A stretch of DNA of 63,296 bases, counting the filler, from Rhabdomonas costata (Eukaryota), in NCBI GenBank assembly GCA_019059605.1. It is 48 parts of 48 records of this genome, joined end to end, with 100 filler letters (N's around TTAATTAATTAA, not from the genome) between each part and the next. Parts side by side here need not be neighbours in the genome. Positions count along the whole stretch, not along the records: positions 51,509 to 52,729 come from JAHMHO010023071.1; positions 52,830 to 54,050 come from JAHMHO010023072.1; positions 54,151 to 55,371 come from JAHMHO010023073.1; positions 55,472 to 56,692 come from JAHMHO010023074.1; positions 56,793 to 58,013 come from JAHMHO010023075.1; positions 58,114 to 59,333 come from JAHMHO010023076.1; positions 59,434 to 60,654 come from JAHMHO010023077.1; positions 60,755 to 61,975 come from JAHMHO010023078.1; 40 more parts are not named here. One strand, given 5' to 3'. The position numbers and the translations under genes were made by a program. Positions 51,687-62,975 of this stretch are shown piece by piece. The notes below the pieces were generated by a model. It was not told the DNA's origin and searched no databases. It worked only from the letters and a program-made list of their open reading frames with translations. How positions within the stretch are numbered: the stretch's first letter is position 1; every line of letters begins with the position of its first letter.

Positions 51687-52688
51687 CTCGTGGGTGTTGA
51701 GGACCAAGCACGGGAAGTGCATCACCGCCGTCAGTGGCACGCGCTGCACGGCGCAAGGGAAGGTCACCACAAGGGCATCAGTGAGGGTACGCACGCCCGG
51801 GGTGGCAGCATCTGCAGAGCCCGCCATCAGCTCCTCCGAGGGAGAGAACAGCTGCGAAAAAACAAAAAGACCAAGCAACAATCATCGAGCAGACTGTGCG
51901 CTGCTTTGGCGTCTCCGATGTCGTCGACGGGTTTCAAGAAGCGCTTCAAGCTGTGTTTGGGTTCTGCGCGCAGTTTCGCACGCCCAGCTGGGCTTACCAC
52001 AGTGCCGATTCGCTTTGAAAATCGTTCCACTCGTTCCACTCGAGGGACATGTGCCATCCCTTCTTGTTGGTGAGGGTGAGAGACTTGTGGGGACGGAAAT
52101 GGACCAAAGTCGCATGTAGTCACGCCACTGCGTGCTTGCTACGCTACGCACGCCGCATATCCTTCGAACGCCACCTCGAAGCCAAAACCATCCACCTCAC
52201 ATGGCAGCCCTAAAACGGTGTTAAGAGTTCTTCGTGATCCACCCGTCTTTACGAAGATCGGGGGGGGGGACCTGACATCCCCTCACAGAGGCGGTGAAGC
52301 CGAAAAAAAAAATGGAAGCAACCGGGAGGTGCGGCGTGCGAATGGTATGCGTGCGTGTTGGGTATTGCGTTCAGAGGAGATTGTTGGCTGACTGGCTGTT
52401 GGCGCCGAAGTCGACTGACGAGCCCAGAGCCGTATTGGCGCTATCGGTCACGGGTGCTGGCGGGTGGGAGCACGGAGGAAGCGGAACTAGATTTACTTAC
52501 CAGAAGAAAGCTCGAGATGCAGAGGTGTGCATGCGTGTGTACCACAGTGACGTCCACGGCGTCGCGGGGGTCCAGGCTGAGGTTTCCTCCAAGGGCAAGC
52601 TCCCCCCGCACGGGAACCCTCGCTCCCACCCCACCGCACTCCGTGCCCGCGGTGTCCGTGAAGTCCACCCCTCCAACCACAGAGTTCC
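51687..52688 (-). CDS. Two exons (52688-52543, 51851-51687), hypothetical protein
   Basis: Pyrimidine tract-AG acceptors, GT donors, phase-0 join ...DAVDVTV+LFSPSEEL... Confidence 0.55.
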
Positions 52689-52878
52689 CTAAAAAAAAAG
52701 AACACCATTCCCATCCTTCCCCACAACACNNNNNNNNNNNNNNNNNNNNNNNNNNNNNNNNNNNNNNNNNNNNTTAATTAATTAANNNNNNNNNNNNNNN
52801 NNNNNNNNNNNNNNNNNNNNNNNNNNNNNGTTGGGTTTGCAAGACATGAGCGAGCATAGAGTGCGCTTTGGGATTCAC

Positions 52879-53660
52879 CGTGATGGACCGTGTCCCCGGG
52901 ATGGGGGGGTTGGGTTGTGGCCCCACCAGCGCCTGGACCACGGCGGTGAACTCAGGGGAGACCCAGTCGTGAACGACAATCCCGTCCTCGGCGACGCCAA
53001 GCTCCTCCCGAAGATGGGAGGGAAGAGCCTCCCATTCGGACGTTCCCAGCGCAACAGGGCGGATGACCTATAAGAAATTGCCGGAGAAGGCATCCATCTC
53101 TCACGCCAACGCGTCCGGTGCTCTAACCCATTCGGCAGAAAGCATGCTTGGCATCAAACAGAGCAAATCCCAACATTCCAATATCCCAGAACGAACAAAG
53201 GAGGTTATTGCATCTTTGAAATGCTATTGCGTATCTGCACTAAGCACAAAAAACTAGTCCCAATCGTTAACGTAATCGAGCGAGTGCGCGCACTCCAAAA
53301 GAGATAAGAGGCCACGTCCAGTCCCCTGTGCAGCTGCAATCACCATACTCGTGTGACGGCGAGGAAGTCGGTTACCCCCAGGTCAGAGAAGAACGCCCGC
53401 CACCCCGATAGGTCCTCCCGTCCGCCCGAAAAGTTCTCTGCAAGCCCGGAGCGGGTGAGGTACTTCTCGGACAGCAGCGCAGGGTTTGGCAGAATTTGAG
53501 TCAGGTCGTTGGGGTTCCCGAAGCTCGCCGAGAAATGAACCGTGGTGGTAGAGGCCAGGCACAGCCCAGCGGAGGTAAGAAGAACGGCACACTGGACTTT
53601 GGAGGCCTTCCAGAGAGCGCGGCAACGGGCTTCCCGGGGCAGGCACTGCTTGATGAAAAC
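52879..53660 (-). CDS. NO VEIN/sacsin-like large protein, exons 53660-53349 and 53067-52879
   Basis: HFSASFGNPNDL...LSEKYL...WRAFFSDLGVTDFLAV and VHDWVSPEF resemble the NO VEIN-family middle region; phase-0 GT-AG join. Confidence 0.6.
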
Positions 53661-54669
53661 CTGCATGGGTGTGCATGAAATGCGCAAGACGGCAGTCAAG
53701 CAACTGCCGAGAAATGACACAATCACAACAGTAAGGCACCATAACTAGACAGCCAAAAAGAAGAATAAGAATCAAACAAAGGATGCGTACAACACCTGAC
53801 ATCAGTCTCTCTCGCACGGCAGAACGCATCTTTGCTCCAGGTATCATCACACACATGCACGTACTCGTTAAAGCGAACCGACTCACTCGCATCCGCGGCC
53901 CCTACTTCGGAGGGGGGGAGGGGGGCAGTATGACTATATTGGGCAGAGGTCCTCAAGAAACCTCACTGGCGACCGCGATCTGATGAGCGCCCACATTCTG
54001 CACTCGCCCAGCTGATCATCAATGGCCTCAAACACACACACACATTCATTNNNNNNNNNNNNNNNNNNNNNNNNNNNNNNNNNNNNNNNNNNNNTTAATT
54101 AATTAANNNNNNNNNNNNNNNNNNNNNNNNNNNNNNNNNNNNNNNNNNNNGGGGGGGGTTGGGGAGGCCAACATGAGGCAGAAAATTGCCTGCCAATGCG
54201 GTAAAGAATACCCGGTTCACAATGGTGGCATTGATTGCTCAATCTCATTGAACAAAGGCAGGTGGACACAAGCCCAACGCATAACCACGAGCAGAATTTC
54301 AGTGCGTGCATAATTTTTCTACGTTTTGCTGTGCTGTGAAAATACCGTTGAGCTACAATTCCATTTTAATTTATGATATTGTCTCATGGTATTGCTCTTG
54401 TGCTTTGGCTGAGGAGGCAGTGCAGAGGAAGCGAATCGTTCGAGTGGTGCCATTCACAGTTATGGTTAGTGGGAGGTGCCTTCTCCTTGCAAAGGTCTCA
54501 AGGAATGTCTCAAAGATGGCCATCCTCCGCTGAACGCTATCTCCAGGTTTCGATGCATGCTGGAGACGGCCACTGTGGATACGCATCGCTGTTTCCTTCC
54601 GAGGCCAAATTTGTGAGACGGGTGATCGAAGGGCAGTGGTTCACATCGACGGGCGGGGAGAGTGAGCAC

Positions 54670-54880
54670 CCTCATCGACAATGAGGTACTTCAGGCGTTT
54701 CGAGGCGATCAGGGACATGAACAGGCTACGGTCGGTCAGGATGTTCTGCAGGCGGACGGGGTCCGTGATGAGAATCTGGCATGTCTCCACGTTCTCCCAC
54801 ACGTTCAAGGTATACTCTCCGTACAGCGTCCACGGGGGAAACTGGTACGTCTTCGAGCGGAAGTGCCCGTACACATCCGC
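54670..54880 (-). CDS. Exon of a DExH helicase, DDX60/Ski2-like
   Basis: ADVYGHFRSKTY...CQILITDPVRLQNIL...RLKYLIVDE covers motif Ib and Walker B; CAG acceptor, G|GT donor. Confidence 0.7.
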
Positions 54881-55929
54881 CTGATAGCGACGAGCATTCC
54901 TCTCAGGTCATCGCCAAAGTCTCACTGGTGTCTCAACAGCGGAATCCAGGGCTCTTTATCATCGAAATGGAATAGCACTACCACGCAAACAACGTGGTCG
55001 TGGCGCTGCCGAAGCACCAGTTTTTTCTGTGCGGCGGAACGAAACTTCTATTGGAAAACAAGTCGTCTTTGCATCCGCTGCTTCCAGAGGCTCCATCCAG
55101 CAAAGATAATTGAGAGAAAGAAAATGCAAGAAATAGGGAGATACCACAGTGTGAAAGAAAAGAAAGCCGGCCAGGTTGCATCCCCTCCGGGGAGCAGGGA
55201 AGAAACCCCTCATTTCGGAACAAAAGCTGCGGCAGCTACTGCAGAAAGAATACACATCGACACAGGAACAGGTGACGATGGCGGCAGGAAGGGGGAGGGG
55301 TTAAACGACCCCAGCACCTTGACTTGGTGGGCCAGCTGGTGATTGGGGGCACAGTAGATTACCAACCAACANNNNNNNNNNNNNNNNNNNNNNNNNNNNN
55401 NNNNNNNNNNNNNNNTTAATTAATTAANNNNNNNNNNNNNNNNNNNNNNNNNNNNNNNNNNNNNNNNNNNNTTTTGTGGTTCTATTGCGCACGAAACAGT
55501 CATATTTTCCGAGCAGTACGCTCCGCAGAAGCAGAGCCAGGAGATGAAATACTACTTGTGTGCTTACGCCCAAGGCCAAACGCGAGGCAAAACGATGAAA
55601 GCTGAACTATGGCGCCGCGTTGAAGGACCTTTCTTGAGCGGAATGCCCTCCCGATCCGCGGTGGAGCGGAGCTCCCTAGGTTCGTCTGTTTCTTCGGTAT
55701 GTCGCTCGTTTGGGGCGGGGGTCCGCCTTAATTAAGCCGCAGGGAACGGTACCAGCGTGCTCACGCTCCAGCAAGGCAGAAAAGCTGAGAGTTCGTCACT
55801 GGCCCTCGCGGGGGAGGGTGTGACAACCGTGAAGGAGAGACACCGAGGCACTGAAGAATTCAAAATGTACATTCACCACTCGCTGCGTTAGGCACGGCAC
55901 AAATGGGGGGGGGGGTTCGCATGACTTAC

Positions 55930-56680
55930 CATGTCGCCTCCCGAAGCCGCAACAGCAGCCCAGATATTGGCAAGGCCATCGCTTAGGTGCTGCAATGCCA
56001 GTGCCGCGTCCTTCGCGCCCTGGGGTCCGGAGACGTCCACCAGGGCCACGCAGCCCTCCACTTGGATGCTATCCTGCAGACGTGTGATCCTCACAAAAAG
56101 ACCAATGTCCACAGCGCAACAGTAGCCCAAATGATCCCATCCGAACGCGACATCTCAGGAACCATTCCATTAGTAGAATGGTTGCCTGGGTTTTGATGGC
56201 TGAAAGAGAGTGTTCAGCGCCAACTAGCCCATTGATTGAAAGTCCCGGGAAAAAAGTCCATATTGAAATTCGCAATTCATTCGTAATTCTCTTATTCCCC
56301 AGCTGATGTGGGGTCGACGACCATTTCCTTATTTTTGGAACCATGGTTGAAGGGAGCTAGGACCCAGTCACCCAAAGCACAAGTGAAAGCACAAGTGTCG
56401 CACAGGGAGAGGGAGAGAGACCCTGGGAAGCCCCAGTGTCTGAGCCTCCAGCACCCACGCCGGGAGAAACGGCCTGAGGAGCTGCCTCGACTGGGGTGGC
56501 GCCCCCTCTTCCTCAGCGCTGTCCCCAAACGGGGCGTCCCCTTCACCGCCCCTCAGTTTACGACAGGCGCTGCCCTTTGGCAGGCTGCCCTGGGATGCGG
56601 GGTGTCTTCGCTGCAAAGCCGCAGCTCCTCCCCCTCCCAAGGGGTTGCTGGAAGGGGTGGGCGGACTGGACCCGGCGGGG
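55930..56680 (-). CDS. ADCY10-like class III cyclase-fold exons (about 56680-56422, 56073-55930), possibly catalytically degenerate
   Basis: LLRPFLPAWVL...LPR+DSIQVEGCVALVDVSG...IWAAVAASGGDM parallels sAC 'P...g.llFvDISGFT...GGDI'; GTAAGT donor. Confidence 0.5.
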
Positions 56681-56989
56681 CTACCACAACACNNNNNNNN
56701 NNNNNNNNNNNNNNNNNNNNNNNNNNNNNNNNNNNNTTAATTAATTAANNNNNNNNNNNNNNNNNNNNNNNNNNNNNNNNNNNNNNNNNNNNGGGGGTGG
56801 GTGGCCCATTGGTCCACAGGATACAGGATGCAGCCATTATTCCGCACCCCGCAACCGCAAAACCGCGCTTACCTTGGGCTCGTGCACACCTCTGCAGAAT
56901 AGATCGACAAAACTCTCCTCTCTCTCTCTCTCTCTGTCAGAAGGGACCCTCCCCACCTCACCGTTGCGTTCCGGTTCGTTTCCTCGCCC

Positions 56990-57023
<34 letters not shown>

Positions 57024-57064
57024 CTCTCTCTGCGTGTGTGTCTTAACGCCTAATCGAGACCAGC

Positions 57065-57542
57065 GTGTTAGACAGTGATATGGATTCGAGCCAACTTCGG
57101 TGCCTGACAGTATCCGTACCAGTGTTTACCCTTCACACCCAACTCAGTGTGTGTTTGGGTGTCTGCTGGCTGGGCCGGAGTCATGTCCGCGGACATAGAG
57201 AGTGTTCCCTGATGTGAAGCTGGCATTGGTGGGGCAACGGCGCCGTGAGCAGGACAGTTCTCTCCGTACAGTAGTTCGCGCCCTTTTCGGCAAACTCTTT
57301 CTGATCATCACCATGTCTCTTCTCCTTTCTTTTCCCATCCTTTGCTGTCTACTGTGCACAACCCCGAAACCGTTGTTTCTTCTTTGCAAGTTGTTTTTGC
57401 ACATTCCCTGTTGAGTTGGTTGTGGTTTTGTGCCTCCAAAAAGAAAGCCTTGCTAAAAGTGTGTGTTAGACTGTCTGGATTCGAGCTGATTTCGGTCCCT
57501 GACATCATCTGTACCGGTGTTTGTGTTTCACACCCAGCTTAG
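57065..57542 (+). repeat. Diverged direct repeat of about 80 bp (57065-57147 and 57463-57542)
   Basis: GTGTTAGAC..TGGATTCGAGC..TTCGGT.CCTGACA..ATC.GTACC.GTGTTT..TTCACACCCA.CT.AG is shared. Confidence 0.8.
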
Positions 57543-58392
57543 CGGGTTTGCTAATGATGATCCCACCACTCCGCCGGTGTCGAATACCCAGTCTCTCCAG
57601 TGACACATGAGATCAGTTAGCTCCTCACCTCAGAACCCCTTTCACCTTCACTCACACAATCTGTGTGTTGTGTGGCCTTCTTTCCCCACAGGAGGCCTTC
57701 ACTTGTGTCAACTGCCCTGCTCCGCCGGCCGCGCTGCCCTGCAACCGCCGCGTGGCCGTGGCACAGCACCACTCCCAGCAGCCCCAGCCCCAGCCCCGCC
57801 TGAAGTACACCACAGGCTCCTCTGCCGCCGCCGCCGTAGCCTACTCCCCACTTGCCCTGCACAACAACACCTGCACAACACACCGGCCATGGCGGACAGC
57901 CCACTACCCCGCAGCTCCACCAACGCAGCCACAACCGCAGTCCCAGCTACAACCACAACCAGAACCACAACCAGCAGCAGCAGCAGCAGCAGCAGCGTGC
58001 ACACAACCCAACANNNNNNNNNNNNNNNNNNNNNNNNNNNNNNNNNNNNNNNNNNNNTTAATTAATTAANNNNNNNNNNNNNNNNNNNNNNNNNNNNNNN
58101 NNNNNNNNNNNNNGGTGTGGTGGCCATGGACATAAATGGCGTCAAATGAAATGCTGAAATACCGGCATTGGATGCCAATAAAGGACCGATAACTGAAGGC
58201 ACGGAACTTGCGGTGCAACTTCTGGACCCGCGATGCTGCTGCTGTGATAGCATCTTGTTTGGCAGATCATGCAAACAATGCCAGAGGCTCCGCTATGGCT
58301 TCGCAAACTGACAAAGACGCATGAAATGAGGCTCACGTTGGCAGTGCGGCTTCCGCTCGTCTTTTGAGAAGCAGGCTTTTCTTTTTTTTCAG

Positions 58393-59323
58393 CGGTGACG
58401 TCGCCACAGGCGTGGCACCCGTTCTGGGCAAAGCCTTTGGCTCTTCTGCGCACCCTGAGGGAGGTGGGCCCTGAGTCCCCTGCAGTGGTTTACGTTGACG
58501 ACGATGCGTTTTTTACCGCAGGTGTGCGTGTGGCGGAGAGGGGACGAATAGCGTGCTTTGGGGGTAGCAGTTACTACTATGTATACTGGTGGGCCACCCA
58601 CACGTGCCCCACAGTTAATGCTGTCCCACTCGTCCACCAAAGAGCATCAAGACTAGCAATGGTGCAGTTGGCGCGTGAATGTTTGTCGAACACGCCCGAA
58701 ATACGAAGGAGAATTGATTTCGAATGCACTAGTACAGTTTCACCGAACGTGCACTATCTCGCTATCATTTCAAAGGTGCTGGCGCCCTTCTGAATTGCTG
58801 TAGTTTCAGTCTCTTTCAATAGCCTTTCAGTGTGCCTCTAGTTCGCTGGCGTCGCTCGATGCATTTCAAACTACTGAAGAACGAACGTTCCCTCCTCTTT
58901 TTTAGCTGATTACACCTTCGTGCAGAAGCTGCTTCTTGCCCATCCCAAAGCGGTGGTAATTGTCACTACGGACCCGGCTCCGCATCTTGGTTTGGCGTGT
59001 GGAGGAGGGAGCATTTTGTTTGTCATTCTCATCAGCCTTGTTGGATTCGTGTTCTCGCTGAGTCATTCCGATTACACGTGCTGTTATCGCTGTATCACCT
59101 TCTCATTTCTGTAGCGGTCATCTTTGGGCGTCGCAATTCTTATGCTGGGGGGGGGTTCTCAGGCTGGTAGGAGCTAATGCATTAATCCAGCCTTTTCCTC
59201 TCAATAAATCCAGAAGTTGAGTACATCGGAGCTTGGAACGTGCCTGTGAGGTTGTATTTAGGTCGCCCCACACACACAGGGCAGCGCCTAAACGCTGGGT
59301 TCATGATAGTTCGGAACGTCCCC
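58393..59323 (+). CDS. GT34-family (MNN10/GMA12-like) glycosyltransferase, exons 58393-58521, 58906-58989 and 59280-59323 (partial)
   Basis: HPFWAKPLAL...VVYVDDDAFF (DxD)...IVTTD...LNAGFMIVRN; both phase-1 GT-AG joins keep the frame. Confidence 0.8.
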
Positions 59324-59465
59324 ACCCCAAAACNNNNNNNNNNNNNNNNNNNNNNNNNNNNNNNNNNNNNNNNNNNNTTAATTAATTAANNNNNNNNNNN
59401 NNNNNNNNNNNNNNNNNNNNNNNNNNNNNNNNNCAGCTCAGTATGTGTGGGGGGGGGGCCTGCAG

Positions 59466-59618
59466 ACTCAGCGCATGATTGAGGACATCATGTCGCAGTC
59501 CGGTGGGGTGCACCCTGAGGTTCTCCGCCGCAGAGCCGCGGAACAGTCCCGCGCGGAGTACGCGTACCGGATTGTTCAGCTCCGAAAGATGGAGCGCGAG
59601 CTCTCCGATCGGGAGAAG
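59466..59618 (+). CDS. Exon, coiled-coil hypothetical protein
   Basis: CAG/GT bounded, 153 nt; TQRMIEDIM...QLRKMERELSDREK. Confidence 0.55.
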
Positions 59619-60970
59619 GTTCTGGCAGAGAGCCAGGGAAAGTAAAACTTGGGCGCAAGAAAGGCGCCTTTGGGTTGTGCGAAAAAATGAGAAGGAGCCC
59701 GGCCCTCGTCTCTTCGGATCCCCATTCCGGTTTGGTTCTTCATTTACTTCAGCGCCGTTTTTCATTTACTGAGAATAGTTGTGCATAGCTTAATCATTGC
59801 GGTTGTCTATGGGTCTTACTTCATTGGATGACGACATTGAACCCCTGGACCACTTTGAGTCTTTCGTAAGATTGCTTGTGAGCGGAAAGGCCAATCCTAC
59901 TGTCTGTGATATGCTGGCTGAGTTACTTGTGACGTTCCTCCTCACCCACCTCTGATAGGAAGATTGGTGGTCCTTCTAAAGCAGCTAGATATGTTTATTC
60001 AATGTTTATTAGATATGTTTATTCAATTTTCTTCTTGGAGAGCAGTCCAATTTTGACAATGAGGATCCCAAGTGCCCGGAGACGCGGAGTGGGCAGAGCG
60101 AAAGAAAGCACTTGCACCATCCTTTATGAGCTGCAGCTGGGCATACGTGATTCCTGGCTTTGCTTGGAAAGACTACCGCGTCTTTTTCCTGTCATTTTTC
60201 TTGTTTCTGAACTTGCCTCGCCCAGTCCCTCCTTCTGACACTGTTGACTGAGGCGATGCTGTAGTGGCGAGGTGTTGGGTGCTCCCCTTTTGCGAAAGTT
60301 GGAAAACGCGCATGCAGAGGAATATTATTGCGCATGGATTGACAGAGATAATTTCCTCATGATATGAAGTTCTGTTTCTACTTTCTGTTCCGTTTGGTTT
60401 GAAAATACAATTGCCGTGCGGAATTCAAGGAAAGGGCAAGGCCGGAGGGATGTCTGACCGATACCTCTGCTGTTGCTATCCCTGGAAATCAGAAAGGAAG
60501 AAACCTGTGGATATTAGTGTGAGGCCTTGCGCCGCAGCTGTAAACCCTTACATTATGGTAAACTGCTGCTCAGCTATTTCCCCTCCGTGTGTTTGTAAGT
60601 TTGCCAAAATACTTTTTTGTCGTTTGGTCGAACGGGCCCGTTCGACCAAACACCNNNNNNNNNNNNNNNNNNNNNNNNNNNNNNNNNNNNNNNNNNNNTT
60701 AATTAATTAANNNNNNNNNNNNNNNNNNNNNNNNNNNNNNNNNNNNNNNNNNNNTGTGGGTGGGGAGAAAACTGGATTTTACCTGGTGGTGGCATGCGCT
60801 TCGGCCTGTTCTTTGTGAGTCTATCCCTCCCTCTTACTTTTGAGATCTCGCGGGCACTATCGGCTTGAATCACGCGCACCTCCCCAATCTGCGTTTGCAA
60901 TTTGCGAGAGCCTCTGCGAGCCGCATCTTCGGAACGTGCCGTGACTTTTGGGCGGTACCGAACTGCACAG

Positions 60971-61524
60971 TTTGGGAATGCCCTTGAAAGCGTGGGCCTG
61001 GAGGCCACTGACGACGAGATTCGTGAGATGATGCGGGAAGTGGACCCGGAAGGTATGTGCCCTTCTTGCCCCTTCCCTTCCCCCAGCCCTTTGTGATGGC
61101 TTTCTTTTTTTTTAAAAAAAAAAATGCGGTGTCATCCGCAGGTGGATGCCTTTGTTTTCCTTGTGGTTCTCAGCTCTTGCATCGTGAGCTGAGACGTCAT
61201 CTCCGGTTTATTTCATCTGCTTAGTAGAACAATTGCCAAAAGGTCAGCAAGTCCTTCTCCCTTTTCCAACTCGACTCCCTGCTTGGACACAGCCTTTGAC
61301 GCGTTGAGTTATTTTTCATGGTTCAGTTCCTCGTATACCTGTTGGGTTGGATTTTGTGTATGTGCTTGTAACGGGGATGTGGAGAAGGTGAACTTTTCCA
61401 TTTCAGGAGTGGACTCTCTCGACTTTTCGGAATTCCTGACGTTAATGGCCAAGGTCTCCAATGACGCGGAGATTGAGCTACAGCTTCGGCAATGCTTTGA
61501 CGCCTTTGACGCTGACGGCAAAGG
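60971..61524 (+). CDS. Calmodulin/centrin-like EF-hand protein, exons 60971-61052 and 61407-61524
   Basis: ALESVGLEATDDEIREMMREVDPEG|VDSLDFSEFLTLMAK...LRQCFDAFDADGKG corresponds to calmodulin EF2-EF3. Confidence 0.9.
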
Positions 61525-62627
61525 GTTTCTTGTCTTGCTCCGTTTTGATGAGTGAGCATGGCTCACCAATATGATAAGTTGCAATGAGATGCGTTGCAGG
61601 ATGCACCCCTCTCCCATTCCCTAGTTTGCATTTTTATTTAAGGAGTTAATGGGTTATCCCCTATGGCACTTTCCAAATTGAATGCGGAAGATTCATATTG
61701 TTCCTGCAATTTCCTTTCCAATCGTTCAGAGGAAACCAGGCGACTGGTGAATGAAGTGAATGGGTTACTAGAGCTGCACTTTAGAGCTGCCTGTTGAACA
61801 CGCGTCCGTGCCCACCTCACTTGCATTTGGAATTTTTTTTTTTGGGGGGGGGGGTGGCGAAAAACGTTTTGGACGCAAGAGCGATGAACGGTTCCCAGAA
61901 GATGGCGGTGTAAAAGGGATTCAATTATTTTGGGTCCGAAGGCTAGCGCCGCGGTGGCCTTCGGACCCAAAACAANNNNNNNNNNNNNNNNNNNNNNNNN
62001 NNNNNNNNNNNNNNNNNNNTTAATTAATTAANNNNNNNNNNNNNNNNNNNNNNNNNNNNNNNNNNNNNNNNNNNNGTGGTGGGTGTGTTTGGGGGTGGGG
62101 GGGGCGTATGGGAAAAGCCGAGTAACCACACGTAACTGCAGAACAAGCAACGAGAGACGAGAGGTGTGGGAAAAACTGCAAGCACGAAGGAAAACCGCTT
62201 CGCTATACCAACCTTAACAACTGATAGCTCTCCCGATCTTCACAAGACTTAACAACTGCTGTAAGCGTCATTGTCTAATACGCGTTTCAAGAAGGCAGCT
62301 CGTCGCCGCGCGCAATTTGCGCAAACCATGACCAAAACAAAGAAGTGCATTTGAACCGATTACATTCACAAGGACCACCACCACAAAGCACTGCTTTGAA
62401 CATTACCCGATAGTTCCCCCTCCCTTTCCTGAGTTACTTCGGTTTCAAAGAATACACGATGCGGCGGTTGAATTCCAGCCTGACCTCCCTTGAACTCTGA
62501 CTCACAATAAGCTAAACATCTATTTCGCAAATCTTTAATTAAGCCTTCAGCACAACCCCTTCTCTCCAGCTCCTCGTAAACCCTGGGGAACTTTGGAGGT
62601 GAGGTGTCCTGCATTTGCCTCTGCCCT

Positions 62628-62975
62628 TCACCGGCCTCGCTTGTGGGTTCGCGGGTACAGCCGCACCCCAAGACCCACCAGCGGGCTCCCACACGGCCAC
62701 GCCGCGACGTGAGGGAACCGCTCAAAGCAGTACTCAAACCCGTAACACTCCCGCGGTGGGGTCGCCATCTTACGCCGCAGGCACACGTTCAGGCTCAGCG
62801 AGGACGACGCGTGGCCCAGCATCAGCTCGGCCTCCGTGAGTACCCAGAAGTCCACGATCGCCCCGAACACCGTGGTGTGACCTCGGCCGCGGTACCGAAT
62901 GAACGGCACCCCCACCAGAGGCGCGTTCGGGGTGTCGGTGGCGAGGTAGATCGGGTCGTGCACTGAGAGGTTGTG
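62628..62975 (-). CDS. GDP-fucose-dependent fucosyltransferase-like exon (GT23/NodZ/O-FucT superfamily)
   Basis: IYLATD (motif II) and AIVDFWVLTEAELMLGHASSSLS (motif III-like D..lL.......SsfS); CAG acceptor. Confidence 0.65.
   Translation of the reverse strand, partial: HNLSVHDPIYLATDTPNAPLVGVPFIRYRGRGHTTVFGAIVDFWVLTEAELMLGHASSSLSLNVCLRRKMATPPRECYGFEYCFERFPHVAAWPCGSPLVGLGVRLYPRTHKRGR

Noticed and set aside
54250..54311. Downstream TGCACGCACTG that would complete DEVHAL through a non-AG acceptor
   Set aside because: The following residues are not helicase-like; likely coincidence, so no non-conventional intron is claimed.
54662..55342. 226-aa plus-strand ORF
   Set aside because: It is the antisense shadow of the minus-strand helicase exon.
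1223..62075. Regularly spaced identical TTAATTAATTAA repeats with unique intervening sequence (array- or cassette-like)
   Set aside because: They are embedded in N runs and are assembly concatenation linkers, not CRISPR repeats or integron sites.
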